Part shown: positions 1 to 8,873 of the stretch, in pieces
How positions within the stretch are numbered: the stretch's first letter is position 1
How the letters are laid out: each line of letters opens with the position of its first letter
NCBI GenBank assembly: GCA_963717935.1
Contig: CAVQXP010000004.1
Location: 1,504,001 to 1,568,000 of the forward strand
Reading direction: 5' to 3'
DNA from: Candidatus Eiseniibacteriota bacterium
GTDB taxonomy: Bacteria > Eisenbacteria > RBG-16-71-46
Length of the DNA stretch: 64,000 bases
Notes under the pieces: generated by a model
Told to the model about the DNA's origin: nothing
Database searches by the model: none
The model's input: the letters and a program-made list of their open reading frames with translations, nothing else
Program-made: the position numbers and the translations under genes

Positions 1-1
1 G

Positions 2-880
2 GCGGCGCCCGGACGGCGCGTCGTGGTGTGCTCGGCGCAAGCGCACTCCTCGGTCGAGAAGGCCTGCCGCATGGCGGAGCTCGAGCTGCGCATGGTCCCC
101 GTGGACGCGGCGTACCGCATGCGAGCGGACGCGCTCGACCTCGCGGGGGCGTGCGCGGTGGTCGCGACGGTCGGCACCACCTCCACGACCTCGGTGGATC
201 CGGTCCCCGCGATCGCGGACGCGTGCGGGCGCGCCGGCGTGTGGCTGCACGTGGACGCGGCCTACGCGGGCTCGGCCATGGTCTGCCCGGAGTTCCGCTG
301 GGCCTTCGCCGGGGTGGACCGCGCCGACTCGCTGGTGGTGAACGCGCACAAGTGGCTCTTCACGCCCATGGACTGCTCGTGCTTCTGGAGCCGCAGGCCG
401 GAGGCGCTGCGGCACGCCTTCAGTCTGGTGCCCGAGTACCTGCGGACGACCGACACCGCCGAAGTGAACCTGATGGATTACAGCCCCGTCCTCGGCCGCC
501 GCTTCCGCGCGCTCAAGCTCTGGGCGGTGCTGCGCTGTCACGGGCGCGAGGGATTGCAGGCGCTCATCCGCGAGCACGTGCGGCTCGCCGCGCTCTTCGA
601 GGGCTGGGTGCGCGCGACGGCCGGTTGGGAGGTCTGCGCCCCGCGGCCCTTCTCGGTGGTCTGCTTCCGGCGTGAGGGCAGCGACGAGGAGAACGCCGCC
701 CTGCTCGAGCGCGTGAACCGCACCGGCGAGGTCTTCCTCTCCGCCACGAAGCTCGAGGGGCGCACGGTGCTGCGGCTGGCGATCGGCAACGCCCGCACCA
801 CCGAGGCGGACGTGCAGCGGGCCTGGGAGGTGCTCCTGCGGGAGTCGGGGGAGGGCCCCGGCCCCGAGGGACGGCCCTGA
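2..880 (+). CDS. PLP-dependent group II (aromatic-L-amino-acid-type) decarboxylase, 5' end outside window
   Basis: Motifs QAHSSVEKA, VATVGTT, WLHVDAAYAG, NAHKWLF (PLP lysine), GRRFRALKLW; frame is open from the window start. Confidence 0.9.
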   Translation, partial: AAPGRRVVVCSAQAHSSVEKACRMAELELRMVPVDAAYRMRADALDLAGACAVVATVGTTSTTSVDPVPAIADACGRAGVWLHVDAAYAGSAMVCPEFRWAFAGVDRADSLVVNAHKWLFTPMDCSCFWSRRPEALRHAFSLVPEYLRTTDTAEVNLMDYSPVLGRRFRALKLWAVLRCHGREGLQALIREHVRLAALFEGWVRATAGWEVCAPRPFSVVCFRREGSDEENAALLERVNRTGEVFLSATKLEGRTVLRLAIGNARTTEADVQRAWEVLLRESGEGPGPEGRP

Positions 881-906
881 GGGGGGCCGGCCCCGTGTCC
901 ACGTGG

Positions 907-1461
907 CTACGACGCCGCGCTGCTGTGGTCGTGGACCACGCGCCAGCCCGCGTCAGGGAACCAGCGCAGCCAGAGCGTGAACAACCCGTGCGGCTCGCCG
1001 TCCTTCAGCTTCAGGCTCCACCCGCCGCGCACCAGCGCCTGGCCCCGTGCCGCAACCGTCACGTCGTGCAGGTCGAAGACGAGCGTGCCCATCTCGTGTC
1101 CTTCGGACTGGTAGCGCCTGCGGTAGCGGTCGAGGGTCACCTGCCAGCCGTGGGAGAGGTTCCCGCCCGAGTAGAAGGTGAGCGAATCCGACTTCCAGTA
1201 GCCCTTCATGAAACCTTCGAGGTCGCCGCGGTTCCAGGCGGCCACCTGCGCATCGAGCAGGCGCCGCACGGCCGCCGGGTCCTGGTCCTCGGGGACCACG
1301 CACATCGTCGGGGCCAGGGGCGGCGGCACGGGCGCCACCAGGGCGCGCAGGAGGGAGTCGCTCGGGCTGGCGCTTCCGGCCGCCCGCAGCGGCCCGGCCG
1401 GGGCCGCTGCCAGGGCGAGGACGACGAGGACGAGCGGGGCCAGGCGCGATCGATCGGGCAT
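907..1461 (-). CDS. Secreted NTF2-like/DUF4440 (SnoaL-like) protein
   Basis: Signal peptide; AWNRGDLEGFMKGYW...GLFTLWLR...WRVVHDHSS typical of the family. Confidence 0.8.
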   Translation of the reverse strand: MPDRSRLAPLVLVVLALAAAPAGPLRAAGSASPSDSLLRALVAPVPPPLAPTMCVVPEDQDPAAVRRLLDAQVAAWNRGDLEGFMKGYWKSDSLTFYSGGNLSHGWQVTLDRYRRRYQSEGHEMGTLVFDLHDVTVAARGQALVRGGWSLKLKDGEPHGLFTLWLRWFPDAGWRVVHDHSSAAS

Positions 1462-1729
1462 CGGTCATTCCTCCAGGGTCCGTGAGGGTGCCCGGAATGT
1501 GCGCCCGGCGCGGCCCCGTGGCAAGCGGCGGGAGGCCTTGACTCGCGCGGGAGCGGCGGGTTCTCATCCGCGCTGCTCCCGGCGCCCGGGAGGCGCCCGC
1601 GACGCCAGTCATTTCGCGCCCGTCGTGCAGGACCGCGTCATCCACACCGAGATGCGCCTGCGCGTGGAGCGCCTGCTCCCGGCCGAGCTGATGAGCCGCC
1701 CGCCCGGCGTCTCGCACGAAAGGTCCGAC

Positions 1730-2830
1730 ATGAACGGCCGCCCGCCGCTCCCCGCCTCCGCCACGCTCTTCGAGCCCCTCGCGCTGCGCTCCGTGACGCT
1801 GCGCAACCGCATCGTGCTCTCGCCCATGGCCCAGTACTCCGCCGAGGATGGCATGGCGAACGACTGGCACTTCGTCCACTACGCCAGCCGCGCCGCAGGT
1901 GGACTGGGCGCCGTCGTCGTCGAGGTGACGGCCGTCTCTCCCGAGGGGCGCATCTGCCCGGGGGAGCTGGGCCTGTGGAAGGACGAGCAGGTCGCCCCGC
2001 TCGCTCGTCTCGCCGCCCTGATCGCGGCGCAGGACGCGGTACCGGGCATCCAGATCGGGCATGCCGGGCGCAAGGCCTGCATGGCGCGACCGTGGGAGGG
2101 GGGTGGCGCCGTGCCGCTCGACCGGGGTGGTTGGATCCCACTCGGGCCCGGGACGGAGCCGTTCGGCCCGGCGTACCCCACGCCCCGCGCCCTGACACCC
2201 GCGGACCTCGAGGCCGTGCCCGGGGCCTTCGCTGCTGCGGCGCGGCGCGCGCACCGTGCCGGCTTCCGGCTGCTCGAGATCCACGCCGCGCACGGCTACC
2301 TCCTGCACCAGTTCCTCTCGCCGCTCGTGAACCGGCGCACCGACGGCTACGGTGGCCGGTTCGAGAGCCGCGCGCGCCTGGCGCTCGAGGTCACGCGCGC
2401 CGTGCGCGCCGCGTGGCCCGCGGACCTGCCGCTGTGGTCTCGCATCTCGGCGACCGACTGGGCAGCGGGGGGCTGGGACGTGGACGAGGCGGTGCGGCTC
2501 GCAGGCCTGCTGCAGGACGAAGGCGTGGACCTCGTGGACTCCTCGAGCGGCGGGGTCGTGGCGCACCAGCGGGTCCCCGCGGCGCCCGGGTTCCAGGTCC
2601 CCTTCGCCGAGCGCATCCGGCGCGAGGCGCGCGTGCGCACCGGCGCGGTGGGGCTGATCACCGAGCCCGCGCAGGCCGATGCCGTCCTGCGCGCGGGGCA
2701 GGCGGACGTCGTGCTGCTCGGCCGCGTGATGCTGCGCGATCCCTATTGGCCGCTGCACGCCGCACAAGCCCTGGGCGTCGAGGGGCCGTGGCCGGTGCAG
2801 TACCTCAGGGGGGCTCCCGAAAGGGCGTGA
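1730..2830 (+). CDS. NADH:flavin oxidoreductase, old yellow enzyme family (NamA/YqjM-like)
   Basis: LRNRIVLSPMAQYS, QIGHAGRKA, EIHAAHGYLLHQFLSP, NRRTDGYGG, RDPYWPLHAA; start taken at ATG 1730. Confidence 0.92.
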   Translation: MNGRPPLPASATLFEPLALRSVTLRNRIVLSPMAQYSAEDGMANDWHFVHYASRAAGGLGAVVVEVTAVSPEGRICPGELGLWKDEQVAPLARLAALIAAQDAVPGIQIGHAGRKACMARPWEGGGAVPLDRGGWIPLGPGTEPFGPAYPTPRALTPADLEAVPGAFAAAARRAHRAGFRLLEIHAAHGYLLHQFLSPLVNRRTDGYGGRFESRARLALEVTRAVRAAWPADLPLWSRISATDWAAGGWDVDEAVRLAGLLQDEGVDLVDSSSGGVVAHQRVPAAPGFQVPFAERIRREARVRTGAVGLITEPAQADAVLRAGQADVVLLGRVMLRDPYWPLHAAQALGVEGPWPVQYLRGAPERA

Positions 2831-3058
2831 CGCGCTCGCGTCACGCCCCGGGGGCGTCGCGGACCCCGCGGGAGTGGCGGGCGTGGACCGCCGGCGTGGC
2901 CGCCGGCTGGAACCGGGCGGGTCGGCGGAACGACGTGCCCGGGTGAGGACCCGTTGCGGAGGCCGCTCCGGGCGCGTAGGCTGCCGGCTCGGGGTCGCAG
3001 CTGTGGTTCGGGTGGGCGCGGCCTGACGTGCGCGTCACCCCTCTCGCGAGGAGACGCA

Positions 3059-4624
3059 ATGCCCGATCGCTCTCGTGAGGATCCGTGCAGCGGGGAGGAA
3101 CTGGCTGCGCAGCGCGCGTTCCTGCGCCAGGTCATCGACCTGAACCCCTCCTTCATCTTCGCCAAGGACCGCGCGGGCCGCTTCACGCTCGTGAACCAGG
3201 CCGTGGCGGACAACTACGGCACCACGGTGGAGGCCCTGATCGGGAAGACCGACGCCGACTTCAATCCCGACCCCGAGGAGGTCGAGCACTTCCGGCGCGA
3301 CGACCTCGAGGTGATGGACACGCAGCGCGAGAAGATCGTCCCCGAGGAGATCATCACCGACGCCTCCGGCCGGCAGCGCCATCTGCACACCATCAAGCGG
3401 CCGATCGTCGGCCCGGACGGGACGGCGAACCAGATGCTGGGCGTGGCCACCGACATCACGGCGCGCAAGCGGCTGGAGGAGCAGCTCGCGCAGGCCCAGA
3501 AGATGGAGGCCGTCGGCCGCCTGGCGGGCGGCGTGGCCCACGACTTCAACAACCTGCTCACGGTCATCCTCGGTTCGGTCGAACTGCTGCTCGACGGGCT
3601 GGAGCCGGGGCATCCCGTGCAGCCCAACGCCGAGGAGATCCGCAGGGCCGCCGAGCGCGCGGCGATGCTGACCCGGCAACTGCTCGCCTTCAGCCGCAAG
3701 CAGGTCCTCCTGCCCGTCGTGCTGGACCTCGACCGCGTCGTCCTGGACGGCACCCGCATGCTGCGCCACCTGATCGGCGAGGACATCGAGCTGATCACCC
3801 TCATCGAGGCGTCCGGTGCGAGCGTGAAGGCCGACCCGACCCAGCTCACCCAGGTGATCCTCAACCTGGCGATCAACGCCCGCGACGCGATGCCCCACGG
3901 CGGCACCCTCACCGTGCGCACCACCACCACCTCGTTCGACGAGGCTTACGCGGCCACGCACCCTGGCGTCGCGCCAGGGGACTACGTGACGATCGCGGTG
4001 ACCGACACCGGGCACGGGATCGCCCCCGAGGTGCTCCCGCACATCTTCGAGCCGTTCTTCACCACCAAGCCCGCGGGGCTCGGCACCGGGCTCGGCCTGG
4101 CGACCTCGTACGGGATCGTCGAGCAGAGCGGCGGCCACATCATGCTGGAGAGCGAGCCGGGCCGCGGGACGACGTTCTTCGTTCATCTGCCCCGGGTGGG
4201 GGACGCGGCCGGGGAGCCGGGTTCGCGGACCGCCGGGTCGCGCGGTGGCCAGGAGACCATCCTGCTCGTGGAGGACGACGAGATGGTCCGCATCGTCGCC
4301 TCGATCAGCCTGCGGGCGAAGGGCTACCAGGTGATCGAGGCCGCGAACGGGCAGGAGGCCCTGGCCCTGGCCGCGGCGCACAGCGGCCCCATCCATCTGC
4401 TCGTCACCGACGTGATCATGCCGCAGTTGGGGGGGATGGAGCTGGCCGCGCGCCTGGCGCACACGCGCCCGGACACCCGGGTGCTCTACACCTCCGGGTA
4501 CACCCATGATCCGGTGGTGCTCCAGGGTGCCAGCGGGGCCGAGAGCGCCTTCCTGCCCAAGCCCTACGTGGGGGAGATGCTCGCGCGCCGGGTCCGCGAG
4601 TTGCTGGAGAATCCCGCCCGGTAG
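3059..4624 (+). CDS. Cytoplasmic PAS hybrid sensor histidine kinase/response regulator (CckA-like architecture)
   Basis: PAS/PAC (IFAKDRAGRFTLVN...GVATDITARK), H-box GGVAHDFNN, N-box NLAINARDAM, FEPFFTTK, GTGLGL, C-terminal receiver (LLVEDD, TDVIMP, FLPKP). Confidence 0.93.
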   Translation: MPDRSREDPCSGEELAAQRAFLRQVIDLNPSFIFAKDRAGRFTLVNQAVADNYGTTVEALIGKTDADFNPDPEEVEHFRRDDLEVMDTQREKIVPEEIITDASGRQRHLHTIKRPIVGPDGTANQMLGVATDITARKRLEEQLAQAQKMEAVGRLAGGVAHDFNNLLTVILGSVELLLDGLEPGHPVQPNAEEIRRAAERAAMLTRQLLAFSRKQVLLPVVLDLDRVVLDGTRMLRHLIGEDIELITLIEASGASVKADPTQLTQVILNLAINARDAMPHGGTLTVRTTTTSFDEAYAATHPGVAPGDYVTIAVTDTGHGIAPEVLPHIFEPFFTTKPAGLGTGLGLATSYGIVEQSGGHIMLESEPGRGTTFFVHLPRVGDAAGEPGSRTAGSRGGQETILLVEDDEMVRIVASISLRAKGYQVIEAANGQEALALAAAHSGPIHLLVTDVIMPQLGGMELAARLAHTRPDTRVLYTSGYTHDPVVLQGASGAESAFLPKPYVGEMLARRVRELLENPAR

Positions 4625-4727
4625 GATGGGCCCGCCGGATCCACCGCCACCTCCCGGCCCTCCAGCTCATCCAAAGATCTCTGAGTCTGCTCGCAGTCCG
4701 TCCGGGCCGCTCCGGAGGAGACCCGTG

Positions 4728-5417
4728 ATGCCCCGTCCACTTCCGCTCGCGAGCCGCAGGGGCGCGGGCGCCGCGTCCGCGCTGGTCCTCATCCTCCTGC
4801 TCGGCCTCCCGGGCCCATCGCGGCCGGCGGCGGCGGCCGCGACCCCCCTCAAAGGACGGAGAGCCATGACCGAGCACCGTACCGAGACCGCGACCCTCGC
4901 CGGCGGCTGCTTCTGGTGTCTCGAAGCCGTGTTCGAGCGGTTGAAGGGCGTCGAGCGCGTCGTGTCGGGATATTCGGGCGGCAGTGTGGCCGGTCCCACC
5001 TACGAGCAGGTCTCGACCGGCGCGACGGGCCACGCCGAGTGCGTGCAGGTCACGTTCGACCCCGCGGTGCTCCCGTACCGCGATCTGCTCCGCATCTTCT
5101 TCGCCTTCCACGATCCGACGACGCCGAATCGCCAGGGCCCCGACGTGGGCACGCAGTACCGCTCGGCCGTCTTCTGGCGCGACCCCGGGCAGCAGGCCAC
5201 CGCCGGGCAGGTGATCGCGGAACTCGCGAGGAGCGGGGCCTTCGATGCGCCCATCGTGACCGAGGTCGTCCCCTTCACGGTCTTCTACCCCGCCGAGGGC
5301 CACCACCAGGGCTACTACGACCGGAATCAGGCCCAGCCCTACTGCCGCGTCGTGATCTCTCCCAAGGTGGCGAAGCTGAGGAAGCTCTACGCGGACCGGC
5401 TCAAGGCGCCGAAGTGA
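4728..5417 (+). CDS. msrA: Peptide-methionine (S)-S-oxide reductase with possible N-terminal signal peptide (alternative start 4866)
   Basis: GGCFWC active site, TGHAE, HDPTT, RQGPDVGTQYRS, FYPAEGHHQGYY, PYC. Confidence 0.95.
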   Translation: MPRPLPLASRRGAGAASALVLILLLGLPGPSRPAAAAATPLKGRRAMTEHRTETATLAGGCFWCLEAVFERLKGVERVVSGYSGGSVAGPTYEQVSTGATGHAECVQVTFDPAVLPYRDLLRIFFAFHDPTTPNRQGPDVGTQYRSAVFWRDPGQQATAGQVIAELARSGAFDAPIVTEVVPFTVFYPAEGHHQGYYDRNQAQPYCRVVISPKVAKLRKLYADRLKAPK

Positions 5418-5500
5418 GGGGACTCCGGAGTCCGGCGCCGCGCTCGGGCGGGCGAAGTCGCCCCGGGCGCGCTCGGACTGGCCGGGCCGGGCCGACCCAC

Positions 5501-5535
5501 GGAGGGCCGGGGGGCTGTCCGCCCCCCGGCCCTTC
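5501..5535. terminator. GC-rich hairpin between convergent msrA and helicase genes
   Basis: GGAGGGCCGGGGGGC-tgtcc-GCCCCCCGGCCCTTC, 15-bp stem with one G-U pair. Confidence 0.6.
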
Positions 5536-5575
5536 ACGCTCCAGCACGATCTTCCGGGTACGACCAGGGCAAGAC

Positions 5576-6910
5576 CTACATCTTGCGACGGCTGCGTCGG
5601 TCGCCGGCGTTGATCTTCTTGCGCCGGCCATGGTCGGCCCCATCCGTTGCTCCGCTCACGACCCGCGCGGCCGGGATGCGAACGGACGACGCCCCGCCCC
5701 GGTGCGGCCCTGAAGAGCGGCCGGTGCCGTGGGTGCGCGAGGTGTGCGAGTGCCCGCCTCGATCGGACGGCTCCACCACCGACCGACGCTTGTAATCGAA
5801 GCCATCGAGGGTCACGCGTGGCACCCGGATGCCGAGGAAGTGCTCGATCGCGGCCACCTCCTCGTGCTCCTCGGGGCTCGCCAGCGTGAACGCGTCGCCC
5901 GTGGCGTCCATGCGCCCGGTGCGACCGATGCGGTGGACGTAGTCCTCGGGCGTGCGGGGCACGTCGTAGTTGATGACGTGCGTGATGTCGTCCACGTCGA
6001 TGCCGCGCGAGGCGATGTCGGTGGCGACCAGCACCCCGACCCGGCCGCGCTTGAAGTCGCTGAGAGCCCGCTCGCGCTGGCCCTGGCTGCGGTCGCCGTG
6101 GATGACCGCCACGTCGCGGCCACGATTGCGCAACTGACGCGTCAACCGGTCGGCGCCGTGCTTGGTGCGAGTGAAGACGAGCACGCTGTGCTCCGGCGAG
6201 CGGCTCAGGATCTCCTCCAGCAGCGCCGGCTTGAGGTGCCGCGGCACGGGATAGAACGCCTGCTCGATGCCGGCGGCGGGGCGCGAGGGCGGCGCCAGGT
6301 CGAGCCGCTTCGGGTTGCGGAGCGCGTCCTTGGCCACGCGGTTGAGTTCCGGCGGCATGGTGGCGGAGAACATCAGCGTCTGCCGGTCCCTGGGCAGGAG
6401 CGCCAGGATGCGCTGGAGGTCGGGCGCGAAGCCCATGTCCACCATGCGGTCGGCCTCGTCCAGGACGAGCACCTCGACCTCCTCGAGGCTCACGCTGTGC
6501 CGTCCGTGCAGATCGAGGAGCCTGCCGGGGGTGGCGACCAGGAGCTCCACGCCCTCACGGCGCAGCAGGCGTTCCTGGGGGCCGATGGGCACGCCGCCGT
6601 AGACGGCGCCGACCCGCACCCCGGTGAAGCGCGCGTAGTCGCGCCCGCAGGCATCGACCTGCGCGGCCAGTTCGCGGGTTGGGACGAGCACCAGCGCGCG
6701 CAGCGCGCGGGGCCCTTCGAGCAGACGCACCAGGATGGGGAGCAGGAACGCGGCGGTCTTGCCGCTGCCGGTCTGTGCGGCGGCGACCAGGTCGTGTCCG
6801 GGAAGGATCAGGGGGATGGCCCGACGCTGGATCGGGGTGGGCTCGGCGTACCCGGCAGCGCGCACGCTCCGGGTGATGGGCTCAGGCAGCCCCAGTGATG
6901 CGAAAGGCAT
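5576..6910 (-). CDS. rhlE: DEAD-box ATP-dependent RNA helicase (RhlE-like)
   Basis: Q motif PTPIQ, AQTGSGKT, PTRELA, TPGRLLD, DEADRM, SAT, HRIGRTGR; basic C-terminal tail; AAGGAG RBS. Confidence 0.92.
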   Translation of the reverse strand: MPFASLGLPEPITRSVRAAGYAEPTPIQRRAIPLILPGHDLVAAAQTGSGKTAAFLLPILVRLLEGPRALRALVLVPTRELAAQVDACGRDYARFTGVRVGAVYGGVPIGPQERLLRREGVELLVATPGRLLDLHGRHSVSLEEVEVLVLDEADRMVDMGFAPDLQRILALLPRDRQTLMFSATMPPELNRVAKDALRNPKRLDLAPPSRPAAGIEQAFYPVPRHLKPALLEEILSRSPEHSVLVFTRTKHGADRLTRQLRNRGRDVAVIHGDRSQGQRERALSDFKRGRVGVLVATDIASRGIDVDDITHVINYDVPRTPEDYVHRIGRTGRMDATGDAFTLASPEEHEEVAAIEHFLGIRVPRVTLDGFDYKRRSVVEPSDRGGHSHTSRTHGTGRSSGPHRGGASSVRIPAARVVSGATDGADHGRRKKINAGDRRSRRKM

Positions 6911-7016
6911 TCGGTCTCCTTGAAGCGGTGGTGAAACGAGTGTCTACGAGACGGTGCGTCACGCGCGGCCCGTCGCTGAGCACTCGATGGCTCCAAGCGG
7001 GCCTGATGGCGGGCGA

Positions 7017-7148
7017 ATCACGCCGGGGGGCGGACGGCCACGGTGGCCGGGCCCTCGAAGCAGGGGGGTGGGCTATAAGCAAAAACCGCCAAGAGATGTC
7101 CTTGGCGGAATCGAACGCTGACAGCACATCCACAAGCAACCCAAGACG
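7017..7148 (-). promoter_or_regulatory. Conserved structured 5' leader of the helicase gene (paralog of the csp leader at 61649-61781), containing a terminator-like hairpin
   Basis: Aligns by eye with 61649-61781; hairpin CCGCCAAGG-acatc-TCTTGGCGG followed by TTTTT; second hairpin CGGCCA-ccg-TGGCCG. Confidence 0.8.
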
Positions 7149-7153
7149 AAGGC

Positions 7154-7182
7154 AGTATCGGCACTCCGGTGGCGAAACGCAA
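7154..7182 (-). promoter_or_regulatory. Putative sigma70 promoter for the helicase leader
   Basis: TTGCGT-N17-GATACT on the minus strand, homologous to the csp promoter. Confidence 0.6.
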
Positions 7183-7548
7183 GCGACATCGACGCGAGGC
7201 CCGTAACGTGTTGGGGGGGCACGCTGCCGCCCCCCAGGCCGGCAGACTGGCAATCCCCGTGGCAACCGGGCAAGATGGGGCCCATGGCCCATCGGGCTGT
7301 GCGGAGGCGGTTCCGGTCCGGCGGGCGATGTCGAGGGAGCGTGCTTCTCGGGTCTCGGACTTGCCGGGCGCATCCGGCCGCTGGTCCGCCCGGCGACCCC
7401 CTGATGGAGAGGAGTCTCCCGTGCCGCTGAACAGAGCAGCGATCGCCGCGATCCTTTGGGTCCAGGCCGGCCACGGGTGCCCGGGTGTGGGCGAGTCCCG
7501 CCTGCCCGGGCCGGGCGAGCCGGTGCAGGTCGAGAGCGGTTGCGCGCG

Positions 7549-8484
7549 ATGAAGACGAACCTCAGGGACCGCTCGGTGCTGCCGCGCTACGCCTGGCTCT
7601 CGATCGCCGCGGCGGTCGTGACCATCGCTCTGAAGGCCGGCGCCTACTTCCTCACGGGGTCGGTCGGCCTGCTCTCCGACGCGCTCGAGTCCTTCGTCAA
7701 TCTCGCCGGGGCGATCATGGCGCTGACCATGCTGACCATCGCCAGCCGGCCGGCCGACGAGGACCACCCCTACGGCCACAGCAAGGCGGAGTACTTCTCC
7801 AGCGGGGTCGAGGGCTCGCTCATCATGGTCGCCGCCATCGGCATCGCCGTGGCGGCGGTCGAGCGGCTCCTCCATCCGAGGATCCTGGAGCAGGTCGGTC
7901 TCGGGCTGGGTATCTCGGTCATCGCCTCACTCGTGAACCTGGGAGTCGCGCTGGTCCTGCTGCGGGCCTCGAAGCACTACGACTCGATCACGCTCAAGGC
8001 CAACGCGCAGCACCTGCTGACCGACGTCTGGACCTCGGTCGGCGTGGTGGTCGGCGTGGGCGCCGTGGCGCTGACCGGCTGGCAGTGGCTCGATCCGGGG
8101 GTGGCGCTGCTGGTGGCCGCCAACATCGTCTGGACGGGCGTGCGGATCGTCCGCGACTCGGTGCTCGGGTTGATGGACACCGCCATGGTGCCCGAGGAGC
8201 AGGCCGCCGTTCAGGCCGCGCTGCAGCCCCACCTGCGGGACGGCGTGCAGTCCCACGCGTTGCTCACGCGTAAGGCGGGCGCGCAGCGCTTCGTCTCCCT
8301 GCACGTGCTCGTGCCGGGCGCCTGGACGGTCCAGCAAGGCCACGACCTGGTGGAGCGTATCGAGGCCGACATCCGCCAGGCGGTCCGCAACGTCACGGTG
8401 CTGACGCACCTGGAGTCGCTCGACGACCCCGCGTCCTGGGACGACGTGACCCTGGACCGCTCCGGCGGGCCCGCGGCGAAGTAG
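7549..8484 (+). CDS. Cation diffusion facilitator family transporter (FieF-like)
   Basis: [36 protein letters not shown], cytoplasmic dimerisation domain with H..V...H and THLE. Confidence 0.92.
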   Translation: MKTNLRDRSVLPRYAWLSIAAAVVTIALKAGAYFLTGSVGLLSDALESFVNLAGAIMALTMLTIASRPADEDHPYGHSKAEYFSSGVEGSLIMVAAIGIAVAAVERLLHPRILEQVGLGLGISVIASLVNLGVALVLLRASKHYDSITLKANAQHLLTDVWTSVGVVVGVGAVALTGWQWLDPGVALLVAANIVWTGVRIVRDSVLGLMDTAMVPEEQAAVQAALQPHLRDGVQSHALLTRKAGAQRFVSLHVLVPGAWTVQQGHDLVERIEADIRQAVRNVTVLTHLESLDDPASWDDVTLDRSGGPAAK

Positions 8485-8701
8485 CCGGAAGGCCCGCGGC
8501 TCCACGCCGCCGGTGGAAGGACCCCGCGGCTCGCGACCGCCCCGCGGCCGGACGACGTCACCTGGCCGGTGATGCGCCTCCGGCGCGGACAGGCGGTGGG
8601 GAGGCCTGGAGCTCCCGTCTTTGCCCCCCCGGGTCTCCGACGCCGCCCCCGGCCCCGCCGCCGGCCGCTGGGTGGTCCCACCCGAACCCTCTCATTTTGC
8701 A

Positions 8702-8730
8702 CTCAAGGTTTGCAGAATGCAGGCCGATAC
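8702..8730 (+). promoter_or_regulatory. Putative sigma28 (FliA/WhiG)-like promoter upstream of the polysaccharide operon
   Basis: CTCAAG-N15-GCCGATAC; near-identical motif at 46317-46346. Confidence 0.5.
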
Positions 8731-8873
8731 CCCCCCTGCGTGAGGGTTCTTTAGCCCAGCGCAGCAGTCGCCTGCGTACGGAACGTTCGGCACGCGTCAG
8801 AGCCAGGGACCCACAGCGGCGCACCGCCTTGATCCGCGGCACCTCGGTCCCGCGGAACCGGAGGATCCAGGTC

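Noticed and set aside
3100..3470. LOV photoreceptor in the hybrid kinase
   Set aside because: No NCRFLQ motif in the PAS domain
7106..7120. TTCGATTCC (minus strand; also 61682-61690) resembling a tRNA T-loop
   Set aside because: No 5-bp T-stem, anticodon arm or acceptor stem can be built; it is part of the shared leader motif
7155..7162. Third GCCGATAC as a sigma28 -10 box
   Set aside because: No TCAAG/TAAA -35 at the right distance; better explained by the sigma70-like promoter homologous to that of csp
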